NCBI GenBank assembly: GCA_963835065.1
Contig: CAWIEK010000001.1
Location: 161,344 to 225,343, forward strand
Reading direction: 5' to 3'
Length of the DNA: 64,000 nt
Source: an uncultured Chthonomonadaceae bacterium
Lineage (GTDB): Bacteria; Armatimonadota; Chthonomonadetes; Chthonomonadales; Chthonomonadaceae
Positions 50,841 through 59,833 of this stretch are shown piece by piece (positions within the stretch are counted from its first letter, which is position 1; every line of letters begins with the position of its first letter). The translations under genes were made by a program, and so were the position numbers. Below the pieces are notes generated by a model that was not told where the DNA came from, ran no database searches, and saw only the letters and a list, made by a program, of their open reading frames with translations.

Positions 50841-51326
50841 TTACTTGTCTGTTAAAGTAATAGCTCCAGAACATGAAACGGCAATACTAGACTCATCCGG
50901 CAATATAAGCGCCCATGCATCTTTGCTCTTCTGCTCTGCATCCAATTCAGAGAGAGACCAAGCCTCAATGCGTAGTTCTATATCCGGCTCAAACCGAATA
51001 GTAAGACTCAAGAAGGTGTTGCTTAACTCCCAGTTTACGACACGGGTACCCACCAGAATAGAGGCAGCTTCGTTGTCTTCAAAACGCTTGTTGACACTTG
51101 TTTGGGAGGTATCCAGTTTCCGTTCAATAAACCAATCAGAAAAATAGGTTTGGAGTTCATATTGGGGTTGAGGATGTGGATTATTTGGAGGGGGAGGCGA
51201 AATAATCTCATTCCCCAATCCAAGAAAAAGAGTATTGCCGTAGCCTAACCACAACTGAGAACACAGGGCATTATCAAGCGCCTGCTCAAGACTATGTTTC
51301 AGCGTGTCAGCAGGTGACTTATTCAT
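50841..51326 (-). CDS. Hypothetical acidic protein, low GC
   Basis: GAGGAG RBS; 161 aa; WLGYGNTLFLGLG...DWFIE. Confidence 0.7.
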   Translation of the reverse strand: MNKSPADTLKHSLEQALDNALCSQLWLGYGNTLFLGLGNEIISPPPPNNPHPQPQYELQTYFSDWFIERKLDTSQTSVNKRFEDNEAASILVGTRVVNWELSNTFLSLTIRFEPDIELRIEAWSLSELDAEQKSKDAWALILPDESSIAVSCSGAITLTDK

Positions 51327-51424
51327 AGGTAACTACTCCTCATCTTCATCTTGCTGATTAGCTTGACTGTTCCTCCATGTTTTTAGCATGCTTCAAAAAG
51401 TGCAAAAATACTAATTTTTATTTA

Positions 51425-51739
51425 TCATGCGTTATCGCAGGATGATTTTTCAACCGTGTCTACAACATAAAAAATTTTATCTACGACATCTTCCAAGATT
51501 TCCTGGCGAACGGCCATGCCAATGCGTTCAGTTTGCACCTGTACCAAGTAGCTTATAATATCATACCTACTGGCGTGTTCAGTGACGAGTTTATACACAT
51601 CATTAGCATACCGATCATACTGGCTGAGGGCGCCAGGAAATCCAAATATGCCGAGTGGGTCCCAATCCACTAATAAAATCAAACGGATAAAACCATGTAG
51701 TGAAGAGAAGGGGTGCCACTCGTTGTTTGATACCATCAT
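51425..51739 (-). CDS. Small hypothetical protein with WDPLG...QYD.YA motif (DUF1871-like)
   Basis: AGAGGG RBS; DWDPLGIFGFPGALSQYDRYA. Confidence 0.65.
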   Translation of the reverse strand: MMVSNNEWHPFSSLHGFIRLILLVDWDPLGIFGFPGALSQYDRYANDVYKLVTEHASRYDIISYLVQVQTERIGMAVRQEILEDVVDKIFYVVDTVEKSSCDNA

Positions 51740-51832
51740 TGCATCCCTCTGTAGGACATACCTTCTGGCCTCTAGCCCTATCAAATCTGCGTCATTTACC
51801 AGATGCCGTGCTGCCCCACATGATACCAATGT

Positions 51833-53668
51833 TCAGCGTCCGCCTTCGCTCATGCCGACACCATGCGAAACGGGCTTGTTGAGGGGCGGGGGCGGCGTGG
51901 CGGACGCGCTGCTGTAGGAAGCGGCAGGCAGCGGGGCGCGGGGAGTTTCGCCTATCGGCTTGTTGTTCATAAACAGGATGGCCTGATAGGTTAGCGGGCC
52001 GGGCTGCGTTATCGAAGCCAGCAGATGCGTGGGAATGGAAAGCGTTTCCAGCACGGGGTATTCCGCGTCGTTGACGGTCAGGGTTTTGTACGCGCACAGA
52101 TAATGCTGCGCGTTGATGTACATGGGATTGGCGTCCGTTGCGTTGATGGGCATGCCTTTGGCGTCGAAAAAGTACACGCCTAACTGGATGGACGCGCCCA
52201 TTTGCCCCTTCACGGTTCCTGAAACCACGATGGGCAGCATGTCATTGGCGGGAGCCATCAGCGCCGTTTGCAGGCTTACATTGTCGTTGGGAGGCGGCTG
52301 AATCGGCGTGTTGGGCGCAACCGCCGGCCCGCTTGTCGTTGTCGGCACATTGGGCGTCGGCGTCGGGGTTGGCGTCGGCGTTGGATTTGGGTTTGAGATT
52401 GTATCCGGCGTGTTTGGGTCAGGTGAAACGGGATTAACGGTCACGGACGGCGCGACAATGGGCGTCAGCGTTGTAATCTTGTTCGCATTGGCGTGTCGGG
52501 CATAGACCACCGCCGCCCCACTTCCCGCCAGCAGCACAAAAAGCAAGATCGGCCATGCCGCCTGCCGCATGGTATTTGCGTTTGCCGTTTTTGAGGTGGC
52601 TGTTTTTGTCGTTTTCGCTTTGGCCGTAGAAGCGGTTGTCACCTTGATGGCAGGCTTGCCGGTCTCCTGATTGGCCTGACTCCGCTCCCCGTTCGCGCCC
52701 TCCCTGCGCTGTGACGCGCCGGAGACTTCAGGATTCGCAACGCCCGCAATCCGTCCCTCCCGCGCGTGTTCCATGCTGTCGGCAAGGGAACGCCCGACCG
52801 CATTGAGCGCGGCCTGCTGCGCGGCAGCCTGCGCCCGGCGCTGCACCAGTTCTTCCCGCGCCCGCAGCAATTGAACCGCCGCGACATTGATGCTTTGCGG
52901 GCGGTCTTTCGGCTCAATGGAAAGGCACATTTCCAGCAGATTCGCCAGCGAGTCGGGAACCTGTAGATTCAGTTTGTTGGCGGGCGCGAATTTGAACGGT
53001 GTGAGCGCGGGGTCGCGGCCTGTAATCAAATGGTGCAGCGTGGCTCCGAACGCATACACATCCGAGCGCTGATCCGTTTGCCCCTTGCCGAATTGTTCGG
53101 GCGGCGAATAGCCCACGCTGCCCAACAGCGACGTGTCTTTGGACGCGCCCTCCTGAAAATGGCGGGCGATGCCGAAGTCAATCAATTTGATCGCGCCGTC
53201 CGGCTGAACCATCACATTGGACGGCTTCAAATCCCGGAAAATAATCGGTGGTTCCTGACTGTGCAGGTACGCCAGCACATCGGCGATTTGCAGCCCCCAT
53301 TCCACGCCCTGCAGCACATCTACGGGCGCTCCCCCCGCCGACGCCAATCGGCTGTCCAGCGTGACGCCCTCGATAAACTCCATGATGAGATAAAAGTTGT
53401 CGTTTTCGATGAACGCATCCGTCACTTTGGGCAGGTGCGTATGGTTCAGGCGTACCAGAAACTGCGCCTCGTGTTCGCAAGCCTCCAGTTCCTGGCGCTT
53501 TTCCGCGCCTTCCGCGCCCGTGCCGCGTATCTCCTTGACGGCCACAATCGAATGGAGGCGAACATGCTCCGCTTTGTAAACGGTTCCCATGCCCCCCTGC
53601 CCCACGACTGCGAGTATCTCGTAGCGTTGGTTCAGCAATGTGCCCGGCTGCATTGGTGCAAACGCCAT
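51833..53668 (-). CDS. Hanks-type Ser/Thr protein kinase with TM helix and Pro/Thr-rich external region
   Basis: GQGGMGTVY, VAVKE, FRDLKPSN, DFG, PPEQ, SDVYAFG; TM ILLFVLLAGSGAAVVY; (PT)n. Confidence 0.93.
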   Translation of the reverse strand: MAFAPMQPGTLLNQRYEILAVVGQGGMGTVYKAEHVRLHSIVAVKEIRGTGAEGAEKRQELEACEHEAQFLVRLNHTHLPKVTDAFIENDNFYLIMEFIEGVTLDSRLASAGGAPVDVLQGVEWGLQIADVLAYLHSQEPPIIFRDLKPSNVMVQPDGAIKLIDFGIARHFQEGASKDTSLLGSVGYSPPEQFGKGQTDQRSDVYAFGATLHHLITGRDPALTPFKFAPANKLNLQVPDSLANLLEMCLSIEPKDRPQSINVAAVQLLRAREELVQRRAQAAAQQAALNAVGRSLADSMEHAREGRIAGVANPEVSGASQRREGANGERSQANQETGKPAIKVTTASTAKAKTTKTATSKTANANTMRQAAWPILLFVLLAGSGAAVVYARHANANKITTLTPIVAPSVTVNPVSPDPNTPDTISNPNPTPTPTPTPTPNVPTTTSGPAVAPNTPIQPPPNDNVSLQTALMAPANDMLPIVVSGTVKGQMGASIQLGVYFFDAKGMPINATDANPMYINAQHYLCAYKTLTVNDAEYPVLETLSIPTHLLASITQPGPLTYQAILFMNNKPIGETPRAPLPAASYSSASATPPPPLNKPVSHGVGMSEGGR

Positions 53669-53861
53669 GCGCTCTTCTCCCCTGCTTTTCCAGCATCGCC
53701 AATTCCTGCCGCTTCATCTGCCACAGGCAAAATTCAATTGCCACAGGCAAGAGCGCGGCAGACTGCCAATGCGTTTCCTATTCTTAAATACGTACTACGA
53801 ACGAATCCCTCTTTTATACTTTAACATACTTTTGCGATTTTGAACCTGCCTTGCATTGGAA

Positions 53862-53921
53862 AAGCGTTGGAACGCGCCACATTGTTCGGCTGTTGCCGAA
53901 TCATGGCGCGTTCCAACGCTT
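53862..53921. terminator. Long hairpin with 18-bp perfect outer stem
   Basis: AAGCGTTGGAACGCGCCA ... TGGCGCGTTCCAACGCTT. Confidence 0.55.
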
Positions 53922-53942
53922 AAATCAACCTCAAAAACAACC

Positions 53943-53994
53943 CCGTAGGGACACAACATGTTGTGTCCGCATGGGCAATGTTGTGTCCCTACGG
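53943..53994. repeat. GTAG-type REP inverted pair
   Basis: CGTAGGGACACAACATGTTGTGTCC...TGTTGTGTCCCTACG, the same unit as inside the 40031 MITE. Confidence 0.8.
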
Positions 53995-53998
53995 ACGT

Positions 53999-56900
53999 TT
54001 AACGGATGTCACTGGCTGTCCTGACCGTGCCTGTGTTCCTTTGCGGCTGCGCTTCGGGACGACGGGACAGCAGCAGCACCCAGTCATTGCTGTCTGGGGC
54101 GGTGAAGGTTTTGTAAATGCCGCCCTTCATCGTTTCCTGGCTGGCGTATTCGCCCGTGCGCGGGTTGAACCACGATTGGCGGATGGTTCCAATGGATTCC
54201 AGCAGGTCGAGGGTGATCGCGCCGCCGCTTTCAAAGTACACGACGTACTCCCATCCGGGATCGGCAAGCACGTAAATCGCCCCCGGCGTGGCCTTCGCCG
54301 GAACGGCAGGCATGTTGGGCGATGGGAACCCGCCGGGAAAGTCATTCCCGAACTCGTCACCGCCGCCATTCAGACCGGGCAACGGCTGCCCGCTGCCATT
54401 GGGCGTACCCGGCGCGTTCTGCCCGCCCGTATCGCTTGCGCGGCCCGGAAAGTTCGGATTGCCCGGCGCGCTCGGGGCATTGGTTCCTCTGCCGGTCGCA
54501 TTGCCGGGGTCTGTCGTGGACGCGCCGGACCCCGGCTGCGCGTTTTCAAAAGCCGATTCCGCCTGTGCCCGCTTCCGCCGCCGCCGCTCGAACGGGCTTT
54601 CTTCCGGCCCGCCGATCATATCCTGATGGGGAATCAGGCGCGTGTACTGCGTCTGCTTGAACAGGCGGGCGCAGGCAAGCTGCCACCGCGCAAGGGCGCT
54701 GTTGAGCGGATCGGCAACGCCTGTATTGGCGGTCGCCGCCCCCTGCCAGAAGCCGCCCTGCATCACGGTTTGCCACAGCCGATGCCGCGTGGCGTCCGTC
54801 GCGTCCACCCCGGTAATGTCCTGCACGACCAGCGGCTTGTTCAGATTGTAGTCGTATTTCAGCGTACTCAAATCGCCGCCCGCAAGGGTAATCACATCCA
54901 GCCAGTCGGCGTGGGCATAGCGCACGAGGGGTATGGAAGTCGGCTGCGCAGGGCCATGCTGCGCGGCGCGGTCTGAGCGCAAGGCGGCGGCCACATCCGG
55001 GTCTACATTCGTTATGTAATCGTTTGACGTGGTATTGCCCGTAACTTCAGTTGCGCCGAGAGCGCCGCCGCTGCCATTCGCGCCCCCGAAGCCGCCAAAG
55101 CCATTGCGCCCGCGTCCGCCGCGCTGACGGCTGCCCCGTCCCTGCATACGCGGGTCTCCCCCCATTCCTTGCGCCGCGCCCATATTCGCGCCTGCGGAGC
55201 GGTTGGGGAACTGCCCGCCGGAAGGAAATCCGTTGGCAGGGAATCCATTCGCGGGAAATCCATTCGCCGGAAAGCCGTTCGCCGGAAAGCCGTTCGCGGG
55301 AGCGCCATTGGAAGGAAAGCCGTTGGGCGTGCCTTGATTTTGTGGGAAGCCATTGGCAGGCGAACCCGGAACGGGCTGACCGCCCGAAGTCGTACCGGGC
55401 GCGTTCGGCACTTGCGTTCCCGCGCCAGTCGCGCGGCCATTGGCGTTTGCCCCGCGCCGATTCGCGCCTGTCGCGCTGCGTCCCGGATTCTGCCCTCCGT
55501 TGTTGCCGCTGTTGTTAGCGCCGTTGTTGCCGCGATTGCCGTTACGCCGGTTGTTGCTGCCGGGTATTTGCGGGGCGTTGGGCGTTCCCGGAGTTCCCGG
55601 TGTGCCCGCGCTTCGGGATGTTCCCGCGTTTCCGGGCGTTCCTGCCTGTGGCGTGTTCGGCACGGGCGTTTGTGGCGTAATCACAGTCGGATTGGAACCC
55701 GGCCCGCCATTTCCCGGCACATCCGGGCGAATAATGACGGGGTTATCGGGCCGTATGATTGTGGGCGGGCCTGTGGGCGCTCCCGCCGGGCGAACAACGT
55801 TGGCTTGCGGCGCGGAATTGGGAACCACCAATGTTAGAGGATGCCCTATCGGGTCATAATGGTCCGTCAAGGTCGCCAATGGCTCTACCCACGAGTTCAC
55901 GTCCGGCGGATACGGGTTGTTGGGCGCTTTGCCGAACAGATTCCAGTTGACGTTGAAAGCGGAATAGCGGGCCAGCGCGTACTTCCACAGGCGGCTTATC
56001 TGTATGGGCGACGCTTCCTGCAGCAGCGGCGCGCCAATATCGGTAATACCGATGTCGGGCACAATGCCGCGCTCGTTGCAGTACGCGATGCGCCGGTCCA
56101 TCCACTGAAAATACTCCGGGTTGATAGTGTCCAGATCGTAATTCACGAACGGAGCGCCGCCCTCATTCGCCTGCTTGTGCTGCGAAAACAGGGTCGGGTC
56201 AAGCAGCCAGCCGCCCCAAAAGCGATTGAAGCCAACCGCTGCGGCATCGTCCACGCGCCGGGTAAACGCGGTAAACGTGCGCGGCGTGTTCTGAGAGTTC
56301 AAATCCAGCAGCGTCGGGTCGTCAAGAGGCGTGTCGAGGGGTGAGCCTGTTCCCGTACTCTTGTCCTGCATCGGCGCAAGCGGGTTGCTCTGCCCCGGCA
56401 AGGCGCGGTTGTTCTGACTTGGCAAACCGCCGTTGTCTTGCAGGGGGATTGTCAGGCTTACTTCTCCCGCCGCGCTTGCGGGCGCTTTTGCCGGAACTTT
56501 CGGCGCAGCGGCAGGCGCGGGAGACGTATCCGGCGCGGGGAAATAGTGTACCGGATCGCGCAGGAAGACGGGGAAGAAGGGCAGGCCGTTCGCGGACGCA
56601 AAACTATGCGGGTAAAAGCGCTGCGCGTTGACGGTCACGAAGCCCCTGCTGTTGGTGTCATCGGCCACGCAGGTAAACGAGCCGACCTGATCGCCCAGTT
56701 CGGTATCCGTCGAATAACTGCGCCATGAATACCGGCCTGCCAGCGTGGGCGTAAAGCGGACGCGCCACGTCTGCCCGCCATCCCAATAGCCGGGCACGGT
56801 CACGGTTTTCCCGTCCGGGCCGCGAAAATCCATGTACACATCCACGTTGCTATAAGGATTGGCGTACTTTTGGGTGGTGACAAGCGGGAGTTCCACGCGG

Positions 56901-58063
56901 GCGTAGCGGCGAATCCGCGCGTCCGGCGGCCCGACAACCGTTTCTTCTTTGGAGCCGAACACGGTATTGTCATTGGAAAAGACAACGGTTGCCCCGAAAT
57001 CCGCCACGTAGGTTTGCGCCCGCTTCAGGTCTACCACATAGCCCTTTGTGGCGTTGCTGTACAGGATGAGGTAGTACGGGTCACTGGCGCTGTCATACGC
57101 AAGGGCATGCAGTTCGCGCCATCCACCGTCCCGCCACCCGTTCCCCTTCGCCACCTGTATCTCGTGCAGGGGATACACGCGCAATCCCGACACGCTTTTG
57201 GAGGAATTGGCGATTGGCGATTGCCGATTGCCGATTGCCGATTGAGGATTGGGGATTGGGGATTGACTGTTCCCTGCTCCCTGTCCCCTGTTGCCTATCC
57301 CCGGCTGCTCAAGCGGCGCGGCGAAGGAAGTGACGCCGGCGGGCTGCAATTGCAGGGTATCGAGCAGGCCGCTGCGCCGGGTCCAGTCGCGGTATTTGAA
57401 ATCCGGGCCGGTGTAGGAGGGGATGACCTGATTGGACAGTTCCGTAAATTGGGTGGGCGCGACGGGTTCCGGCAGGGGCGCGAAGCGGTAATCGCCCGTA
57501 AAGCGCAAACTGGTCAGTTGGTTGGAGGGGTACTGGTACACCCAACAGAAAAATTCGCGCCCGCCGTCGTTGAGATACGCCCACACGATGCTGAAATGGT
57601 CTTTGTCACGGGCGAGAAACCACGCGAGATATTTGGAGTACCCTTTGGGGCCGGGTTCCGAATGGATATAGGTCAGGGGCAGGCGCACTTCGGGCTGCGC
57701 GCCGAGCGCTCGCCGCGTGAGCGTGCCCGATGTTCCGTTCCAATCCAGATGGTACGGGGCGCTTTCCGCGGAAATGTTCAGCGCCAATCCGGTTCTGCCG
57801 ACTGGGGGAGTCTCAAATGCGGGCCGCTGTACATTCGCCCGGATACCGGGCTGCGGGGGCGTATTTCTGCCGGACGGGCGGTTCTGCGCCGTCGCCGACA
57901 GGGGCAGCGCGGACAGCAGCGTCAGCATGCCCCCGGCAGCCAGCCGCGACAAAGGCAGAACGTTCAAACCATTCGTAGACCTGCCGGAAAAGCAGGGGAG
58001 GGCCGGATGGCGCTGCTGTTTGCGAGTGCGTTGCATAGGTTTCCATATCTCCAGAGCGAGCAT
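53999..58063 (-). CDS. Large secreted DUF5060/DUF4038 (apiosidase-like)/collagen-binding-like protein with low-complexity insertions
   Basis: NPY.NV...F.GPDG...GYWDGGQTWRVRFTP; INPEYFQWMDRRI; WFNPRTG; APDSNDWVLLL. Confidence 0.8.
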   Translation of the reverse strand: MLALEIWKPMQRTRKQQRHPALPCFSGRSTNGLNVLPLSRLAAGGMLTLLSALPLSATAQNRPSGRNTPPQPGIRANVQRPAFETPPVGRTGLALNISAESAPYHLDWNGTSGTLTRRALGAQPEVRLPLTYIHSEPGPKGYSKYLAWFLARDKDHFSIVWAYLNDGGREFFCWVYQYPSNQLTSLRFTGDYRFAPLPEPVAPTQFTELSNQVIPSYTGPDFKYRDWTRRSGLLDTLQLQPAGVTSFAAPLEQPGIGNRGQGAGNSQSPIPNPQSAIGNRQSPIANSSKSVSGLRVYPLHEIQVAKGNGWRDGGWRELHALAYDSASDPYYLILYSNATKGYVVDLKRAQTYVADFGATVVFSNDNTVFGSKEETVVGPPDARIRRYARVELPLVTTQKYANPYSNVDVYMDFRGPDGKTVTVPGYWDGGQTWRVRFTPTLAGRYSWRSYSTDTELGDQVGSFTCVADDTNSRGFVTVNAQRFYPHSFASANGLPFFPVFLRDPVHYFPAPDTSPAPAAAPKVPAKAPASAAGEVSLTIPLQDNGGLPSQNNRALPGQSNPLAPMQDKSTGTGSPLDTPLDDPTLLDLNSQNTPRTFTAFTRRVDDAAAVGFNRFWGGWLLDPTLFSQHKQANEGGAPFVNYDLDTINPEYFQWMDRRIAYCNERGIVPDIGITDIGAPLLQEASPIQISRLWKYALARYSAFNVNWNLFGKAPNNPYPPDVNSWVEPLATLTDHYDPIGHPLTLVVPNSAPQANVVRPAGAPTGPPTIIRPDNPVIIRPDVPGNGGPGSNPTVITPQTPVPNTPQAGTPGNAGTSRSAGTPGTPGTPNAPQIPGSNNRRNGNRGNNGANNSGNNGGQNPGRSATGANRRGANANGRATGAGTQVPNAPGTTSGGQPVPGSPANGFPQNQGTPNGFPSNGAPANGFPANGFPANGFPANGFPANGFPSGGQFPNRSAGANMGAAQGMGGDPRMQGRGSRQRGGRGRNGFGGFGGANGSGGALGATEVTGNTTSNDYITNVDPDVAAALRSDRAAQHGPAQPTSIPLVRYAHADWLDVITLAGGDLSTLKYDYNLNKPLVVQDITGVDATDATRHRLWQTVMQGGFWQGAATANTGVADPLNSALARWQLACARLFKQTQYTRLIPHQDMIGGPEESPFERRRRKRAQAESAFENAQPGSGASTTDPGNATGRGTNAPSAPGNPNFPGRASDTGGQNAPGTPNGSGQPLPGLNGGGDEFGNDFPGGFPSPNMPAVPAKATPGAIYVLADPGWEYVVYFESGGAITLDLLESIGTIRQSWFNPRTGEYASQETMKGGIYKTFTAPDSNDWVLLLSRRPEAQPQRNTGTVRTASDIR
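57206..57300. repeat. Heptamer tandem repeats (xxGATTG and CCCTGTT-like) inside a CDS
   Basis: GCGATTG GCGATTG CCGATTG x3 AGGATTG GGGATTG x2, followed by CCCTG heptamers. Confidence 0.8.
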
Positions 58064-58132
58064 TGCTTGTGTTAGAATGAGGGTTGCTATCTGTTAGACG
58101 CCAATGGAAGCGTCCTGTTTCTCAATACTGCG

Positions 58133-59833
58133 TTGTTTTCTTTTTGTTCCTGCGGCAAGGCTGTTATTCCATGCGATTACGCGAACACAGGCTTGCGGCA
58201 GGATTCAGGCTGCATGGAAGCGAAATATAAAACTGTGAAAATCGCTGATCTCATTTTTCTTTTGGCCTGTCTGCTGGCGCGACGGAATTCATTCCGTCGC
58301 TACAGGGCGTTCCGCCGTTCGTCCACCTGCGTGGACGAGTTGCTTCTTGTGAATGGCGCTCGTCGGCGCAGGCCGACGAACAGCCGCAGGCTCATCAGCG
58401 AAGCGCTTCAGTGCGTCGCGCAACAGTTCGCAATCCTTTGCTGCGTGAGTGTTTTGTGTACATCCGTTTCTGCCCAAACTGCCAACCCTGCGAACACATC
58501 GTCCGCCTTTGCGCTTCCCAATGGCCTGCGCGTTTTGTCGCGCGAACGCCATCTCAGCCCCTTAGTCGCCATTGACCTGTGGGTGCGGGCGGGAGCGCGG
58601 GAGGAGAGGGAAGGCGAGGATGGGTGCGCCCACTTTCTGGAGCATACGCTGTTCAAGGGCACGAGCAATCGCGCGGCGGGGCAGGCGGACATGGATATAG
58701 AAAACCTGGGCGCATCCCTGACGGCGGCAACCGGCCCTGATTACGCCCATTTTTATACCACTGTGGCAGCCACGCATGTCTCGGAAGCCTTACACATTCT
58801 GGCCGATGTCGCCCGCAATGCCACACTGCCCGCAATGGAAGTGGAACGCGAACGAGGCGTGATTTTGGACGAACTCGCCGCCCATGACAGCGACCCGACG
58901 GCGCATTTGATAGATTTGCTGTATGTACGCGCTTTCCCCACGCAGCCTTACGGACGCTCGCCCGGCGGTTCCGGCGCGGCCATCCGCCTGCGCGGGCGCG
59001 ACACACTGGCCGCTTTTTACGCCCGCGCGTATCGCCCGGAGCGCTGTACTCTTGTGCTGGCCGGGGATATTTCCAGTGCGCAGGCGCGGCAGATTGCCCG
59101 TGAAGCGTTCGGGGATTGGCAGCCCTTGCCCATTGCGCCCCTGCTTCCTTCCGGGCCGCTTGAGCCTTCCACGCCGCGCTCGTCTGCCGAACAGCAACGA
59201 CAATTGCCGCAAACTCTTGAAGCCGCGCAGGATAAAGAACAAACTTTTGCCGTTCCCCGGCTTCCCCTTGTGAGCGTCGAGGAAACAAGCGCCTTTCCTG
59301 ATGATCTGATCGGGCTGGCGTTTCCCGGCCCGCCTGCACGCGACCACACCATGACATTGGCGGCGCGGATGGTGGCGGAAATGATAGGCGATTCCCGCGA
59401 GTACGGACGTGTGCGCGCCGCCGAATTCGTTTCTGCCCACGTCACCGCGCGTTATACGCCCCGACTGGACGGCAGCCTGTGGATGCTCACATTACAGGAA
59501 ACAAACCCGCGCCCAACGACAAATCGCCTCGCCCAACTGCGCGCGCTTGTGGCGGATTTACGCGCCCATCCGCCGACACAAAGGGAACTGCAAGCCGCGC
59601 GCAGCCACATTCTTGGCCGGATGCAGGCCGATATGGAAACTAACGCCGGCCTTGCCTATGCCATCGGCTACGCGGATGTCGTCGGAGATTTGGAACCGGA
59701 AGCCTTGCGCGCCCGGTTACAGGCGATAACTGCCGGTGACGTTCAGCGATTTGTCAGTTCCTATCTGCTTTCACAGCCCAGCGTGACCGTTCATCTTGCG
59801 CCCGCCGCGCCCGTCCCGGAACGCCGCCCATGA
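58133..59833 (+). CDS. M16 (pitrilysin-like) zinc peptidase, catalytic subunit; real start probably further downstream
   Basis: LPNGLRV, G.AHFLEHTLFKGT, ERGVILDE, AYRPE. Confidence 0.88.
   Translation: MFSFCSCGKAVIPCDYANTGLRQDSGCMEAKYKTVKIADLIFLLACLLARRNSFRRYRAFRRSSTCVDELLLVNGARRRRPTNSRRLISEALQCVAQQFAILCCVSVLCTSVSAQTANPANTSSAFALPNGLRVLSRERHLSPLVAIDLWVRAGAREEREGEDGCAHFLEHTLFKGTSNRAAGQADMDIENLGASLTAATGPDYAHFYTTVAATHVSEALHILADVARNATLPAMEVERERGVILDELAAHDSDPTAHLIDLLYVRAFPTQPYGRSPGGSGAAIRLRGRDTLAAFYARAYRPERCTLVLAGDISSAQARQIAREAFGDWQPLPIAPLLPSGPLEPSTPRSSAEQQRQLPQTLEAAQDKEQTFAVPRLPLVSVEETSAFPDDLIGLAFPGPPARDHTMTLAARMVAEMIGDSREYGRVRAAEFVSAHVTARYTPRLDGSLWMLTLQETNPRPTTNRLAQLRALVADLRAHPPTQRELQAARSHILGRMQADMETNAGLAYAIGYADVVGDLEPEALRARLQAITAGDVQRFVSSYLLSQPSVTVHLAPAAPVPERRP

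Noticed and set aside
55220..55340. 15-bp periodic repeat
   Set aside because: It is a coding repeat (PANGF pentapeptide) with synonymous variation, not a DNA-level array.
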